Source of the DNA: Psammoneis japonica
Lineage: Eukaryota
Direction of reading: 5' to 3'
Assembly (NCBI GenBank): GCA_008632985.1
Contig: QPGO01000006.1
Location: 803,138-867,137 of the forward strand
DNA: 64,000 nt
The notes beneath the pieces are model-generated. The model did not search any database. It had not been told where the DNA came from and saw only the letters and a program-made list of their open reading frames with translations. Shown in pieces: positions 1-12,640 of this stretch (the first letter of the stretch is position 1; the number at the start of each line of letters is the position of its first letter). Position numbers and translations under genes: made by a program.

Positions 1-1004
1 TGGCGAAGGCCCATTGAAACTTTTCAAACGAATACGAATCACTACCTTTCTGAAACACATTGGGATGCTGTTCCATCAAGCGCTCCATGACTTGCTTGTA
101 CATTTCTCGAACATCCCGTTTAATCCCACGTGCAATCCGTGCCACTCCCTCGGTGGCGTCTTGTCTCAGCGGGTGGAATCCCATAAGAAGGGCATTTCAT
201 TTGTTGGACTGGATTTGAGTATTTGCAAATAATGATGCAACGGAGAGATCGTCCGAGTTGCAAGTGGTACAGTATGGCTACCGTCAGGAGCGGCAGCTCG
301 GCATTGTCCTCCCAACCGTACTGCTTTCGTGCTTGGGGTCCCAACAGCTGACTCAGGACGGGATCATGATCAATCGTTGTGGATACAGTAATCATGGCGT
401 GAAAGGGAATGGAAATGACAACGTCCTGTAGAGAAAGGAGGAGAAACGTGAGTATTGGATTAGAAACCATAGGGCGCATAGATTGGAGAGAAACCTGTAT
501 GGGATTGACAGAAAGTAGCAATTCTTACACACGTATAAGCTCACATGGTACTGTACTTACACCAATCGCCACATCTTTTGTCGCTGCCAATCCTCGTACT
601 TTTATTCTCGGTACATCTTCCACAGACGGTGAGTAAAACGCATCGTCGTCACTCTCCATTCCAAAACTTTCTTCTCCCTCTTCTGGTTCAACATACTCGA
701 GACTGACTCGAAAAAAGTCGTAATAATCAAACACTCGTACTTCTAATGACGTTTCAATACCCATGACTGTATGACACCAATCAAAAAATTCCATTTCCAG
801 AGATGCGGGATTGGGAGACGCGAATTGATCACGTCGTGGTTTGACATGGTCCTTGCGAATTGTGCTTGGGACTTTTTCCGAAGAAGCAATTGATGGTGCA
901 GCGTTGTTATTATTCTCGTCCTTTTCATGTTGGGTTCGTCGAACAGACGAGTCACTGGGACTTATATAAAGTAGTAATAGTGCAAGTTGCTTCAGTCGAA
1001 TCAT
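1..1004 (-). CDS. SET-domain (Rubisco LSMT-like) lysine methyltransferase with N-terminal signal peptide; runs off the window start
   Basis: Exon 1 (1004-561) ends RGLAATKDVAIG. A GTAAGT...CTACAG intron spans 560-426. Exon 2 begins DVVISIPFHAMIT, which joins into the SET N-terminal motif. Later SPLHHYLQIL..MPFLW..FEKFQWAFA follows after an apparent 1-nt frameshift near 245. Confidence 0.75.
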
Positions 1005-1259
1005 GATGTGCAGTTCTGATTCTCAAACAAGCCGTCGCAATGGTCATTGTCACGGATTGCTTTTTTTTTTCTGTCCCACCATGTCCGTCTGCCAATCGCG
1101 AATAATCATCGTGCATCGCGCGAACGACACTCACGGAAAGACAGACAGGCAGACGGTTTTCATCCCCCATCGATCGATCTGTCAACGACATTTTGAAGTG
1201 ATCCACCATCTACGTAGGAATGACCCTCTCCACTGACACCCCCCCACACTAAGGAGAAT

Positions 1260-3850
1260 CAAAAGCCTGGTAAAAACAGGATTGAAGATCTGCTAGTGCA
1301 AAAGAGAAGTGGTGAGAGTCATGACTGCCAGACAGACAGACAGCAAAACAGAGACAATGCATCGTCCGTTTCTGCGCCCGACACCATGTCCCACTCATTA
1401 AACCAATCCATTGAATCGCCAACAATTGACAGACCAGGAGATTGCTCGGAGCATGAGCAGGACAGCAAACTGGGAGGTCTGCTGGGATGATGCCAGAGTG
1501 CACTGTCAGGAGGGCCGTCCAGACCTGGTCTCCAATCCAAGAGGAAATCAGGTGGGCGACCGGAGCAGCGCCAATTTGGCAGCAGTGAGTCACCAGGGAT
1601 TGGCCAAGGCAACAACTGACAACAACTCCAAGCAGTGCAACCCCCCCACAATGGGAGGCTTGCAACATTGGCAGGGTTGGGGCAAGGAGAATCCGAGACA
1701 ATTGACTTCCCAGAAAAGACAATGGACCCATTTGCCTCGTTCGCGGTGCACAGAGAAGCTGTCTGCATGCAGCACACAGATGGAAGCTTGTGCCACACAA
1801 TGTGTTGATGAGCATCAAGGGAGTGTGTTTTGATTGAACCAATCGCCTTGTTCACAACACACACCATTGCTGCTCGGTAACAGCAACACCAGCTTTCTTG
1901 TGCTCAACCAGCTTGCCAAGTTTGCCCAAAGCAATCTTAAAAATAGCCAGTGGGTCAGTCTTGACATTCTCAGAAAAAGAACAAGGGTCAACTGGTGGAG
2001 TGGTTGCCGATGGAGTGGCAGCATGGGCAGGGGTGTCAACTCAGCATGAGAAATTCTGGGCCCACACACGTCAGTGGCTGGGTGAGGTGGTGACAGCCTT
2101 CTGGGGAGCATTGGAGGCATTGGAGGCTGGGATGCGGGTGAGTTCCAGGTCAATGGTGGTGGTGGCAGTAGCGCAGCATGTGGGCTGGGGAGAAAAGCTT
2201 TGTTGTCACCAAAAAATTGTGGCATCAAGAAATTGGCAACATTCACTTTGGCAGTGCACCCTCTGCTGTGTTTCTTGCATGGGACACACAAAACACTGGG
2301 GCACAGGAGTGTGTTGCCAATGATCACAGAACAACAGCACATTGACAAAAGAAAAGGTCTGAACAGGGAGGCAGGTGTGAACCATCATGACGCATTCAGA
2401 GAAAAGCAACATCTGCACCAGAGCTCACACAGAAAAACATGTGGAAGGTGTGGCTGTGAAACTGAGGCAGAATTGTGCGGGGCAACAAGGTCGTTGAACT
2501 GACAAAGGAGCAAACAATCAAGCTGTGGCTTCAAGTTTGGCCACAGGCTGCTTTGCAGGCAGACCATGCACAAGGGCATGTGGCTGCTTCAGCTCTGCAA
2601 AGTTCTGCACCACAGATGATCCCGCAGGCATGACAAAGATTGAACTGAGCTTTTTGATGCTCTTGGCAAAATGCTTGCTAGACTGAGCAAAGAGGACATT
2701 CAGAAGGCAAGCTTGGAAGATTTGAAAGAAGCCTTTGCCAAGCTTGGAAAAATGAAGTGGCCGCCAGCACAAGAAATTTGGAAGCAGTGCACAGTGTCAT
2801 GGGGAAGCAAGAGAATGGAGCCAAAGAGAAAATTTGGTGTTTCAAAAACACTTTGTTCATGGTTTGTGTTGCCTGTCAAGGCAGGCAAAGAGCAAGGTTG
2901 TGAGTGCAGCAAGCACTTCTTGGAATGGGTGCTGTCAACTTGCTGAAGACAAAATCAACCACACTCTGTGCTGTCCATTTTGAAGTCTCGCTCATTGAAC
3001 CCACCAGCAAAGTGAAAAAGTCATGAAAAAGTTTTCATTTCAACATGGTTGCTTTGGAGCAAGGTGTGCCAAGCAGAAGGCTCCTCCATGTCTCCAGACC
3101 AAGTGATTGCACTCACATGTGCAGTGCTTTGGCAGAAGGTTGTGGGCTGCTGCTGCCTGCTCTGCTGCAGAAGCACTCTGCACAAGAGTGATCTTGGATT
3201 TTTTTGGTCAGAGCCAGCACCTTTGGAGAGCAAAATGAAAATCTGTCACATTGTGCACAGTGCTCAGCCCCTGGTGTGCCCAAACAAACAACCCACAAGC
3301 GCGCGAGTTTTGTCAGCACGAGGAGAACATCCACCAGCCATTGACCTGCCGCCAAAGGCTCCATGCTCCATGATGGTTCCTGCCTTCCAAGCAAGACAGG
3401 CAGCAGCTGTGACCTTGATCTGCAGTTTTGCCATGCAACAGAGCATGTCACCATCAAAGGAAAATGCAGAAACAGTCGCAGCGCTCTCCTGCCGCGGAGC
3501 AACAGGTGCTTGGCAAAAAACAAGCAACAAAAAAATGTTCTCAAGTTGTGCGCATCAATCATGTCAACAAGCGTGCCTCCTGCACTTGCTGTCTTGCATC
3601 CAAAGTTGCCACTTGCTGTGGCAGCAAGCTTCAAAGCAGTGGCGACTTTTGTTTTGCTCTGCTGGACACAATGTCTCCGCCCTTTTTCTTTTTCACTTTT
3701 TTGCAACAGTGTGTGCGATGAAAGACTCGGGCTTTCTTGCACTTGCGATGGTGCATCTCGTCTCCCCCCTGCTCATTTTAAGTTTTCAATTTTTGATGAC
3801 AAGATGATGCTCAGCTTTTATGACATCAATGCAAGTAGCAACGAGAAATG
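1260..3850. other. Hypermutated CpG/TpA-depleted domain D1 (unclassified repeat or TE relic)
   Basis: Hand count for 2041-2400 gives 1 TA and 4 CG in 360 bp, versus 4 TA and 3 CG in 60 bp at 541-600. Overlapping ORFs on all frames are Cys/His/Gln-rich and almost Tyr-free. Confidence 0.85.
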
Positions 3851-3991
3851 CCTTCTTCCGGATTTATGTGAGAAGGGCCATTCAAAAAAAAAAAAAGATG
3901 GCGGGCGGATGATGTAATTTTGACGCGCAATCTCCCATTCTCACAGCGGTGCTGTTGCCCCGGCTGTATCCTGTTGTCGTTGTTCTCCAGC

Positions 3992-5375
3992 ATGAGTTTT
4001 GCAATCATAATTTTGATGTTATCACTGCCATTGTCATCGAGTCGAACGTTCCAACAGACTGTGGTGACCACAAAGGGCTGTCCCTGTTTGACGGTCTGTG
4101 CCGCGAACTTTTCAGATTGCTATTACGACGATCGCTGCTACGCGAATTGCTCCGACGGTATCGATTATGGCATTTGCGATTAGTCGCCCCGAACAAATTA
4201 TGAATCTCAGTCGGCCCAGAAGAAGTTTGACTTCATTTGGAACAAGATTCTGGACACTAGTGATGCCGCAGCTCCACAACTTGCACGAGAGGAAAAGGTT
4301 GTGATTTCTACCGTCACATCGTTGAGGTCGGTGTTTAATAACTATCATGATGAGGTCGCCCCCGATCGGAACAAGATAATTCATACAAGGGGTGCAAGCG
4401 CGAGAGTTCGATTTCACTTGAACCCTGGCCTTCCTTTTACTGGTTTCTTTCGTGGTTTTACTGACAAAGGCGGATTCTACGATCTTTGTATGATTCGTAT
4501 GTCAGCGGCCGCGCCCTTACCCGAAACCAATCCCAACCCGGTATGGCAATCAAGTGCTTCATCGATGATCAACCCTCTCTGAACATGGTGACAATGCCCA
4601 ACGTGGAGGGATTGGACAGCTACGACTTCTTTCGGTTCAACTTTTCCACGCAATATCCACTAACTTATTTGGATGCCCTAGAGGAAAATACCGCCGAAAG
4701 ATTTGCTTTTAAATTGTTCTATCTCAAGCTTGTACAGACCAGTGACTGTTTCCACATGACAGGTTTGACAGAATGGTCACAGTGGAATCACAGCGAAGAA
4801 GCTGACGGTCCTGTGGTGACACCGTACGGTGTCACATTTGTCCCGACCTTGCCCAATATCTTTCCTGCTGGCCACCCTTTTCGGGAGAAAAGATGCTTGA
4901 TATTCTGGAACAGAATGTCCCTAACGGCACAACAATCTTCGAAGTCTACAGTCGGCTGAATCCTGGTGACGACTTCAACATTCATGTGGGATCTGTCGAA
5001 GTCACTTCACCCTTTACACGATCCACCTACGGCGATCAACGACTCCAATTTCGTCATCAGTACATGGAAAGCGACTTTGCAATCCATCCTGAGTGGCGGG
5101 ATATGATTGCCGACTACCGCCAGGAGTGTGGTGTGTTGGATGGAAAGCCGCCTTTAGGAGCTTACGCGAGCAAACCCTTTGATGAGATCCCTGGGTGTCC
5201 ATTCAATCCCACACTATTGTACGGAGGAGCTAGTGAAAATAACACCGAAGATCCAACGCTGGCTCCCACAAGTCTATTCGCCATTCGGCAAGAAAACCAC
5301 CAGCAGTTGCTGCCGCTTCTGCTGTTGTTAGGAGTGAGCCTTTCGGCGTTGCAGGCCCCATTTGGGCTGCTCTAG
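3992..5375 (+). CDS. Secreted catalase-fold (catalase-like haem-binding superfamily) protein with Cys-rich N-terminus; several frameshifts
   Basis: Signal peptide MSFAIIILMLSLPLSSS. Motifs KIIHTRGASARVRF, FTGFF, MIRMS, PGMAIKCFID..SLN, YDFF and YGDQRLQFRHQ are spread over ORFs 3920-4183, 4301-4582, 4486-4959 and 4893-5375. The C-terminus is hydrophobic. Confidence 0.55.
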
Positions 5376-6299
5376 ACTGTGTTGACGAGGGCACCATCAC
5401 ACTGCGGACAAATGAACGTGTTTGGCCATGTTTCTCTCTGTTAAGATGATTGTTGGCTTTTGTGTTCATGTGAATGTGTTTGCATATGTCGCGGAAGAAC
5501 GAGACTGTAAATCTGAGCAATTGACTATCCGACACTCTACAGAGATAGAAAACCCTGTTGTTAAACTGAGATTAATTAAGTTGAACACTCGATTTTCATC
5601 ACTTTAAGTGGCAAGCTACGGTACGCGCAGAATAAACGGTTGTCAGGAATAAACAGGCGTCAGATGAAGCATGGACAGACGTAAAATGTATGGGAACTTT
5701 TCGTAGATTCTACGAGACAAACGGCGATAGACAGACAATGACAGAAGAAGTCGATTTCCGTCTCCGTGCTTTTGTACGGCATTCGATGCTGACAATGGCG
5801 TGCCGCCGGTGACGCTATTGACAAATTTTTGTGCGACGAAACGCATTAGATATGTCTTATGGCGAGTAATAAGTATAGATGTGTGCCCATATTGACTCTG
5901 GATGCAGTTTGTGGTTGATTTCAGAGCATCGTTGTCAATGGCTTTTTTTGCAATTTTCTACGTGAATTACGCGTAGCAACAATACGGGATATTGATGACA
6001 ATGGCATCATCTCGAATGATCGATTAGAGCTATTAGATAGACACCAGTGAGCCAAATATTGTATCAGTTACACTTATCATGTTTATATTGTCACTACAGT
6101 ATGCCTGAAATTAGTGTGGATATTGTTTTCATCCCCACATGGTCGCCATTGTCGCTTGTCGTGTTGTGTCGCGTTTTTGTGCGTCTCTGTCGCATTTTTC
6201 GATCCAACCTCATCTCTTTTTTAAAATTGTACGAAATTTCTACATAATTATTTTACAGGTAAAACGCTAGGAAACTGGCGTCTGACGCCTGTTTATTCT

Positions 6300-7460
6300 T
6301 TCTGTAGCAAGCAGTTTCCTTGTCCTGCGCATCGTCACACCGGGTGGAGCATGCTCCAATCTACAGCTTGGTGAGGAGCACCCAAGTGATTGTCTCCAGC
6401 AAGGTGTCCCTGTTAATTTTGGCATGAAAAATGCAAAAAGCAATTGTGCATGGGAAGGAGAGCAGTGGAAGGAACAAAGTGTTGAGTTGTTGCCTGTCAC
6501 TCTTGTCACCACATGTGGCACGGTGTTTGCAAGGTGACACCCAACTTCTTTTTCCTTGTTGTGGGAAGCTTGCTTGTCTTTTTCACTCTTTTTTTTTCTC
6601 AAATCAAAGTGACAGCCTTTGAAATCACCAACCTGAGTTCTGTTGCCATGCCTTGTTGAACATCTGTGGTTGGGAAGACCACCCATGATGTGGCCCACCA
6701 GCTGAGGGAGTGCCGAGCAGGCATGCCTTGCAACAAAAAAGTGGTCACATCACTTGTGGCAGAGGCCGCTCAATGCATCTTTTAAAGGAGCCCAATCTGT
6801 TCCAAAATGCCAACCCACATGTTGCATCCATGGCAACTCATTCAATGTGTCAACACTTGAAGAGCCCACAGTCACATCCAAAGAAGTGCCGCCACATGAT
6901 GGCAAAACACACAAGATGAACAACCGCTGGACATGCTCCATGTGTGTGGCAAGAATTGCAGCCAGATGCTCTGCCAAAACAAGTTGTTGTGTCAATGCCA
7001 TGCTGCTTTTACAAGTGTCTTGGTTTTTTGTGTCTTCTGCTCTTGAGAGCTCTTCTCCCACTTTGTGCTTCACATGTGTGTTGTTTGTTTTTGCTCCAGG
7101 CCGCTTCTTCTTGCCCAAAAAAATTGAAAATGTTGGGAAACACAGGCTTCAATCTAGAAACAAAGGAGTGAGTTGTGGGGGCAAGCACATTCTTGAAGCA
7201 TGCAATTTTGTCAATGCAGGAATGAGCACAGCCCAGTGACCCTGTGTCTGACTGTGGCACCCCCCACTCAGCTCACGAGAGAGTCTCTCTTCCTCTTCTG
7301 GATCAGCTCTCAAGATGCCCCCAACAGAAAGACGGCACTGGTCTGTCCCTGCACCAATTCTGAACCAATTCAATTCAAGGGACACAGCAAGAAGACACTC
7401 TAGAGTAGACATGCCCCACCAAATCTCCCTCCAACCGAAAAACAACCCCAATGTCACAAT
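6300..7460. other. Hypermutated CpG/TpA-depleted domain D2
   Basis: Abrupt switch from TA/CG-rich flanks (6040-6270, 7470-7560) to TG/CA-rich sequence. Only spurious-looking ORFs are present. Confidence 0.8.
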
Positions 7461-7695
7461 GAAACCCCCCATCGAAATCTCGAACCCGGCGGCAGGCGGC
7501 GCGCGCAGGAATAAAACTGAACAATGTCATCGTTCAAAATCCTCAATCCGCGCGCAACGACAATGATGCGCATAGCCAACACCAAAAATTACCGCCAGCA
7601 ACGCAATCAACCACAACACCAGAAAGCAAATTACGACTCGATTCTATCCACCAAACAGTCACAAGAAACAACAACATGTCAAGACAATAAAAATT

Positions 7696-10521
7696 ATGCT
7701 GACGACTCCCAACGAATGGTTTGCCTCGTATTTGGCGTCCACCTTGTCCCATGTGTTTCTCAACGTTAATGACCCCAAAAAGTCGATTCAAGCAAGTTTG
7801 CGTTCGAATTTCTTGGAATTGTCAAACGTTGAAATCAAGCCCATTTGTCGTAACTTGCTTCCACACGCCAATGGAACAAGTCGGACGATGATTTTATCGG
7901 GATCCATGGAAAAGTTACGTTTGTCATGGAAACTTGGCCGCTCTAGCTTGATTATTCAAAACGTGTCTCTGGCCTTGCAGGGATTTAGGTTGAAACTGAC
8001 TCTGCTTCACGGAGAAAATACCACAGAAAGACGAAAAGAGCAAGACGGACAACAGGAGACTCTAGAAACAGTAGAAAAGCCGTCTTGGAAGGAATTTCTG
8101 GATCAAAAAGTGAATGAAATTCTGCGAAACTTGTGCATAAGCATTGCAGACTTTGAGTTTGTTTTGGATTTACCAAAGGACGACAATGTCGGTCTACTGA
8201 AATTTGTCATTGGTGCCAGTTCCCTAAGATTAATGCCTTGTTTGGAACAAGAGCAGAAATCTGAAAAGGATGTGGTGTATATCGAGGACTCGCAACAACC
8301 ACAAGACGAGAGTAGCAAAGCATCGTCAATTCGTGGTGAGTCACAAGCGAAACTAGAGGACCAACCGCGCCAAGAGCTTCACTTGGAGTCTCTGTACTGT
8401 GACATTGCAGATAACGCAACAGAGCAGAGTGCGTCTACTGCAGGAAAGTCAACAGAAAGTTCCAACGTCAATGACGACGTCGTCTATCATTTGATTCGGC
8501 CCTTTCATTACAAGGCATACCTTACACACGCCTCTCCAAGAGGTGTATTTGGTGGGTTGGGACGAGGTTTGGAGTTTACTGGAGAACCGATCACCGACAG
8601 TGAAGTGGTGTTTTGTGTTTCACAAACACAGGTGCAGGCATTAAGGCTCTTGATTCGTTCCTTTTTTCCACCGGCGCCACCAAGAGCCGGCGGCGTATTG
8701 AAGCGCCTTTCGAGAATCTCGGAAAGCAGCAAGAGTCTACTCATGGGAACCACACCAGAGTTTGAAAGAGTGGCTGCAAGCAACTTGAGAACCGACACAA
8801 TATCCAAGAAACAACGGTCACTTACTTTCAAGGTGTCGCTGTTTCTTGTTGCTGGATTACTCATGTTTTCTGGCTTTTGGCGTTTTGGATTGTTGTGGAT
8901 ATTCGCCGTCATCTTGTCGTCTGCGGTGGCTATCTTTGTTGTAGCGCTCGCAGCTCTCTGGTGGTTTCAACGACAATACAACAAGAACACTCTGCAATCC
9001 CTGAGAGGTTCCTTTCGACGCTTTATCAACCCGCAAGTGTATTCTGTGTTTTCCATCCCTCTTTCGCCCGTGACAATGGAACTTCCCAATGACTACCGAC
9101 TGACTATTCCCAGAGCCATGGTTACATACAGTCTAGAGGGACATGTTGTTGATTTGGAAATGCCCAGTCTGGACATGACGTGTACAAGTAAAGGCGACAA
9201 CGATTCATCAAAAAGTAAGCAACGTCCCTATGTATCCATGTCGGGCATAATTGGAAGAATACGACCCGGCACCGTCTTTCATGTCAGCCTTGTCGACAAT
9301 CTATGCTTTCCCGATATAGTGGAATCGGTTGAACCACTTTGTGATGTGACGATCCGATTCGTGGAGGGATCCCTTTGTGTTGGAACGAGATCGACTGTGC
9401 AGCTCAGGTTGTTGAACAACGCCAAAGACGAGGAAAGTGACGACCAACATGACGGCGACGGCGAGACCATCGAGACTCGTGCGAAGAAGAAAAGCGCCCT
9501 TCCCTTTCCAATGACCGTCACTGTAGAAAGTCTTGAATTATCACGCCAAGGCGATAAAATCATCGTTTATGCATTCCGGGATCTCCTCGTGGAGTCTCGG
9601 CCCGAAACTCATGGAGTGTTTTGGGAGGTTAGCGCCACGGATGTACGAAACAATATGTTGCAACTCTCCCACGTTCATTTATCCGGACTTGACGATGCAT
9701 ACCGCAATAACGTGATTCACCGCTTCAGCTTTTCAGCCAATCACGCCCTTCTCCAATCTGGTTATTCCAGTATAGACTGGAGCAAGTTGAACAGATGGAT
9801 TGAGGGCAAATCTAGCAAGGTCATTCACCTTCCACATGCTCGTATATCTTCGATACACCTTCGCATGATGATGTGGAACGACAAAACCAACTCGGTCGCC
9901 GCGGCAGTAACAAAACTTGATGTGGAACCGTTTATTGGCGACTCCAAGACGACGTTTAGCGATGTGACCCGTTACTATTCCAAGACTGTCATGCAAAATT
10001 CCCCTACCCTCATTTCAAACTCTGAAATCTTTGGAAGAACATTTGCGGATACGGTCCTTACAGCTGTTGGACCAGCAGTTCTCGCGGCAACCCCGATCGG
10101 CCCAGTTGCAGGGTTGGCGGCAGTCGTTGCCTACGATGCAACCAAAGCAACCATCAACAAAGGTAAAGAGAGGCGAAATGCTCGACCGGATGAACGTGGT
10201 AGATTGACCGACTTCTCGGAAGGGCTCGTTGCGACTGGAGTCGAAGCTGCTGCGGCGGGTAAACATCAAACGGTGACCATGGAAGGAATGAAAGCCTATG
10301 CCAACGCCAAAGCCAATGAAACGCGAGAATATGCAGAAGAGAACAGAGCCAGGCTGGGTGCTGCAACCATTGGTGGCACGGTTACTGTTGGCGTGTCTTT
10401 TCTTGCTTCGCCTGCTATTGGCGTTCCAGCTGGGATTGCAGCAGCAGCAGTTACGCACAGGGCTATTGAGATGGATGAAAGAAGGCGCGAGCGGGCGCCG
10501 GCGGAGAAGAAAGAAGACTGA
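7696..10521 (+). CDS. 941-aa protein with Chorein-N/VPS13-like N-terminus, central transmembrane hairpin and ATG2-C-like amphipathic C-terminus
   Basis: Long uninterrupted ORF with normal composition. The N-terminus FASYLASTLSHVFLNV..IQASLRSNFLELSNVEIKP..LSGSMEKLRLSW resembles Chorein_N. Two hydrophobic helices lie near aa 377-423, and the C-terminus is G/A-rich. The domain calls are tentative. Confidence 0.6.
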   Translation: MLTTPNEWFASYLASTLSHVFLNVNDPKKSIQASLRSNFLELSNVEIKPICRNLLPHANGTSRTMILSGSMEKLRLSWKLGRSSLIIQNVSLALQGFRLKLTLLHGENTTERRKEQDGQQETLETVEKPSWKEFLDQKVNEILRNLCISIADFEFVLDLPKDDNVGLLKFVIGASSLRLMPCLEQEQKSEKDVVYIEDSQQPQDESSKASSIRGESQAKLEDQPRQELHLESLYCDIADNATEQSASTAGKSTESSNVNDDVVYHLIRPFHYKAYLTHASPRGVFGGLGRGLEFTGEPITDSEVVFCVSQTQVQALRLLIRSFFPPAPPRAGGVLKRLSRISESSKSLLMGTTPEFERVAASNLRTDTISKKQRSLTFKVSLFLVAGLLMFSGFWRFGLLWIFAVILSSAVAIFVVALAALWWFQRQYNKNTLQSLRGSFRRFINPQVYSVFSIPLSPVTMELPNDYRLTIPRAMVTYSLEGHVVDLEMPSLDMTCTSKGDNDSSKSKQRPYVSMSGIIGRIRPGTVFHVSLVDNLCFPDIVESVEPLCDVTIRFVEGSLCVGTRSTVQLRLLNNAKDEESDDQHDGDGETIETRAKKKSALPFPMTVTVESLELSRQGDKIIVYAFRDLLVESRPETHGVFWEVSATDVRNNMLQLSHVHLSGLDDAYRNNVIHRFSFSANHALLQSGYSSIDWSKLNRWIEGKSSKVIHLPHARISSIHLRMMMWNDKTNSVAAAVTKLDVEPFIGDSKTTFSDVTRYYSKTVMQNSPTLISNSEIFGRTFADTVLTAVGPAVLAATPIGPVAGLAAVVAYDATKATINKGKERRNARPDERGRLTDFSEGLVATGVEAAAAGKHQTVTMEGMKAYANAKANETREYAEENRARLGAATIGGTVTVGVSFLASPAIGVPAGIAAAAVTHRAIEMDERRRERAPAEKKED

Positions 10522-11170
10522 ATGCCTGAAGCTTATCTTCGGAATTATACAACGCAACTTAGCAAATAATGATGCTCTCTAGAACGTCACACAAATTTGT
10601 GATGAGCTCTGCAGTAATACATTTACTTCAGTAAGAGCTCAGGTCTCAGCGTTTTGGCACATATCCTTGTTTTGCTTTTAGGCTCTTCTCAGAGTAGCTA
10701 ACAGCTTCTTATGCACACATCTCATTCACTGCATGATTGTCGAGGACGAGAACAGGTGGGACCTTGTCATCATGTGTGTCTAGCGGATAACGTTATTCCA
10801 TCGGTCCAATGTAAGCTCAACATGTTCGAGTGTACACAGTCAGTTTCCGAAGTTTCCTTCTTTTCGCCTCATCTCACATGATGTCGAGATGCGGTGTTCC
10901 ACAACCCTCATTTCACTGCAAAGTGGACCACAGCACCACTCACATCGCCGATTGTTTGGTTTTTTCCTGAGAGGTTCAACTTGAAATTGCAGAGTCCAAT
11001 GCCAAGAGTGGCAAAACCAAGCCCATGTTGGATTGCACGCAAACTGATGGTGCAATCCATCACCCCCTGGAGGATTGAACCATGGGCAGGAAATGTTGTT
11101 TGTGCTTCCTGCGCAAAACACACTGTCTTGATGCTTCTTTTAAGGCTTTTGGTTCAAACCATGCAGCCCA
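9698..11170 (+). repeat. Direct segmental duplication, copy 1 (3' part of the 941-aa gene plus downstream flank)
   Basis: cataccgcaataacgtg.ttcaccgcttcag at 9698 matches 15171. Similarity continues through the stop codon and on to gcttttggttcaaacc (~11145-11160 vs ~16591-16606). Confidence 0.95.
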
Positions 11171-12640
11171 ATTTGAGTTTTGAACTGTGATGCTTTTGGT
11201 TCAGCAAAAAGGACAATGAAAACTCACAGTGCCGTTGCAACACACATTGCCAGGTTTCTTGCCATTCATCAGCCTTGTCGCACAATGAACATGTCATTGC
11301 ATGCTCTTGCGCACAATTTTTAGAAAATCTGCACACAAAGATGTTTCAGCTGGTGTCCTTCTTCTCTGCTTTTTTTTTGTGGACCATGCAAGTGCAGGAG
11401 GTTGGCTGAGCTGTGCAAGTGCAGGAGGTTGGCTGCCAGCAAGAGGGCACCAGCAAGCAAACTGTGTGTGCTGCTGGCACCTTGTCTCAGCCTGCTGCTC
11501 TCTTCTGACTCATCTGCCAACCAAGACAGCAAAACTTGGCAAACAGGTTTGGCAGAGTCAACTGGCAACAACCCTTGTTTGTTTGTGCAACTTGTGTTTG
11601 CTGGAAATCATCCAGCAAGCAATTTGAGGTCACTTTTGGTGCAAAGCAGGCCAACAGAAGCAAAAAAAGGCAACTTCAGCATCGGAGTGCAAGCTCCGAA
11701 AGTTGCTTTGATCAACAACATCAAAAAATTGCCAAACACAAAAGCTTGCAGAGAAAGGGTGCACTTGTCTGTGCTTGAGTTTGTGTGTGCTGTGTGCAAG
11801 AGCTTGTCCAACTGTGCTTTGAGAATGTTCCAGCTGCGGTGAAAATTCTTGAAGTGTCTCTGACTGAAAATGAGTGTGACAATGTTGAGTGTTCAGAAGA
11901 GCATTTTTTGACATTGTTGCCAACAAATGCCTCCCTGAGCAGGGGGGGATCTCATGTCAGTTGGCCCAGGTGTGCAGTGTTTTCTTCACTTTTTGATTTG
12001 TGTGCATCTGTGCTGCAAACGAGTTGGTGACATTTGCTGCACAGCCAGTGTCCCCTGGAAGCTGTGTCTTGTCAGTGCACACACATTGAAGATGTCACTC
12101 ATGTGAGACCAACCATCTGTGCAAATGGGTCAAAAACAATGCCCACACCCAAACGCCCAAGTGTGGAGGCCCCTGGCCACAAGGGGCACGCTTGCCAAAG
12201 GGGAAGAAGGGAGAGACACTCTCGCAGTCATGCCAACAGCAGCCTTTGTGACGTGAGAGAGTCATGCACACAGAAGGCTGACCTTCAGCATGCAAAAAAC
12301 ACTCAATGAGTGCTTGCATGAAGTCTGGCATGGAGCGGGCTTTTGCACAAAAGTGCTGCAGCGCCGCTGTGCCGCTGCCAAGCACACGCACAAAAAGGAG
12401 CCTTTTTTTTCATCAGCTGTGTTTGTGAGGAGAAGCATGTGACCCACCAGCTGGTCTCATGTCTCTGGGAGTCAGAAATGCTCCATGACAGGGTGAAGAA
12501 CATTGACCTTCTCTGTGCAATCATTTAAAACGAGAATTGTGACTCAAGCCGAGCATCACCATGACACCCAAAGAATCGGCTGACACCACCCATCAGCGGT
12601 CAGACCACTGCTGCTGCCAAGCCAAACCCAACTGCTGGCA
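10880..12640. other. Hypermutated CpG/TpA-depleted domain D3
   Basis: TA and CG are nearly absent. The left part is a mutated homologue of the unmutated sequence at 16330-16620. Confidence 0.85.

Noticed and set aside
1249..3917. Numerous 60-250 aa ORFs in D1 (and likewise in D2-D6) as real genes
   Set aside because: They overlap in all frames, lack recognisable motifs and are explained by loss of TAA/TAG in TA-depleted DNA.
11385..11440. 27-bp tandem duplication (gcaagtgcaggaggttggctg x2)
   Set aside because: A simple local duplication inside a degenerate repeat, with no further structure.
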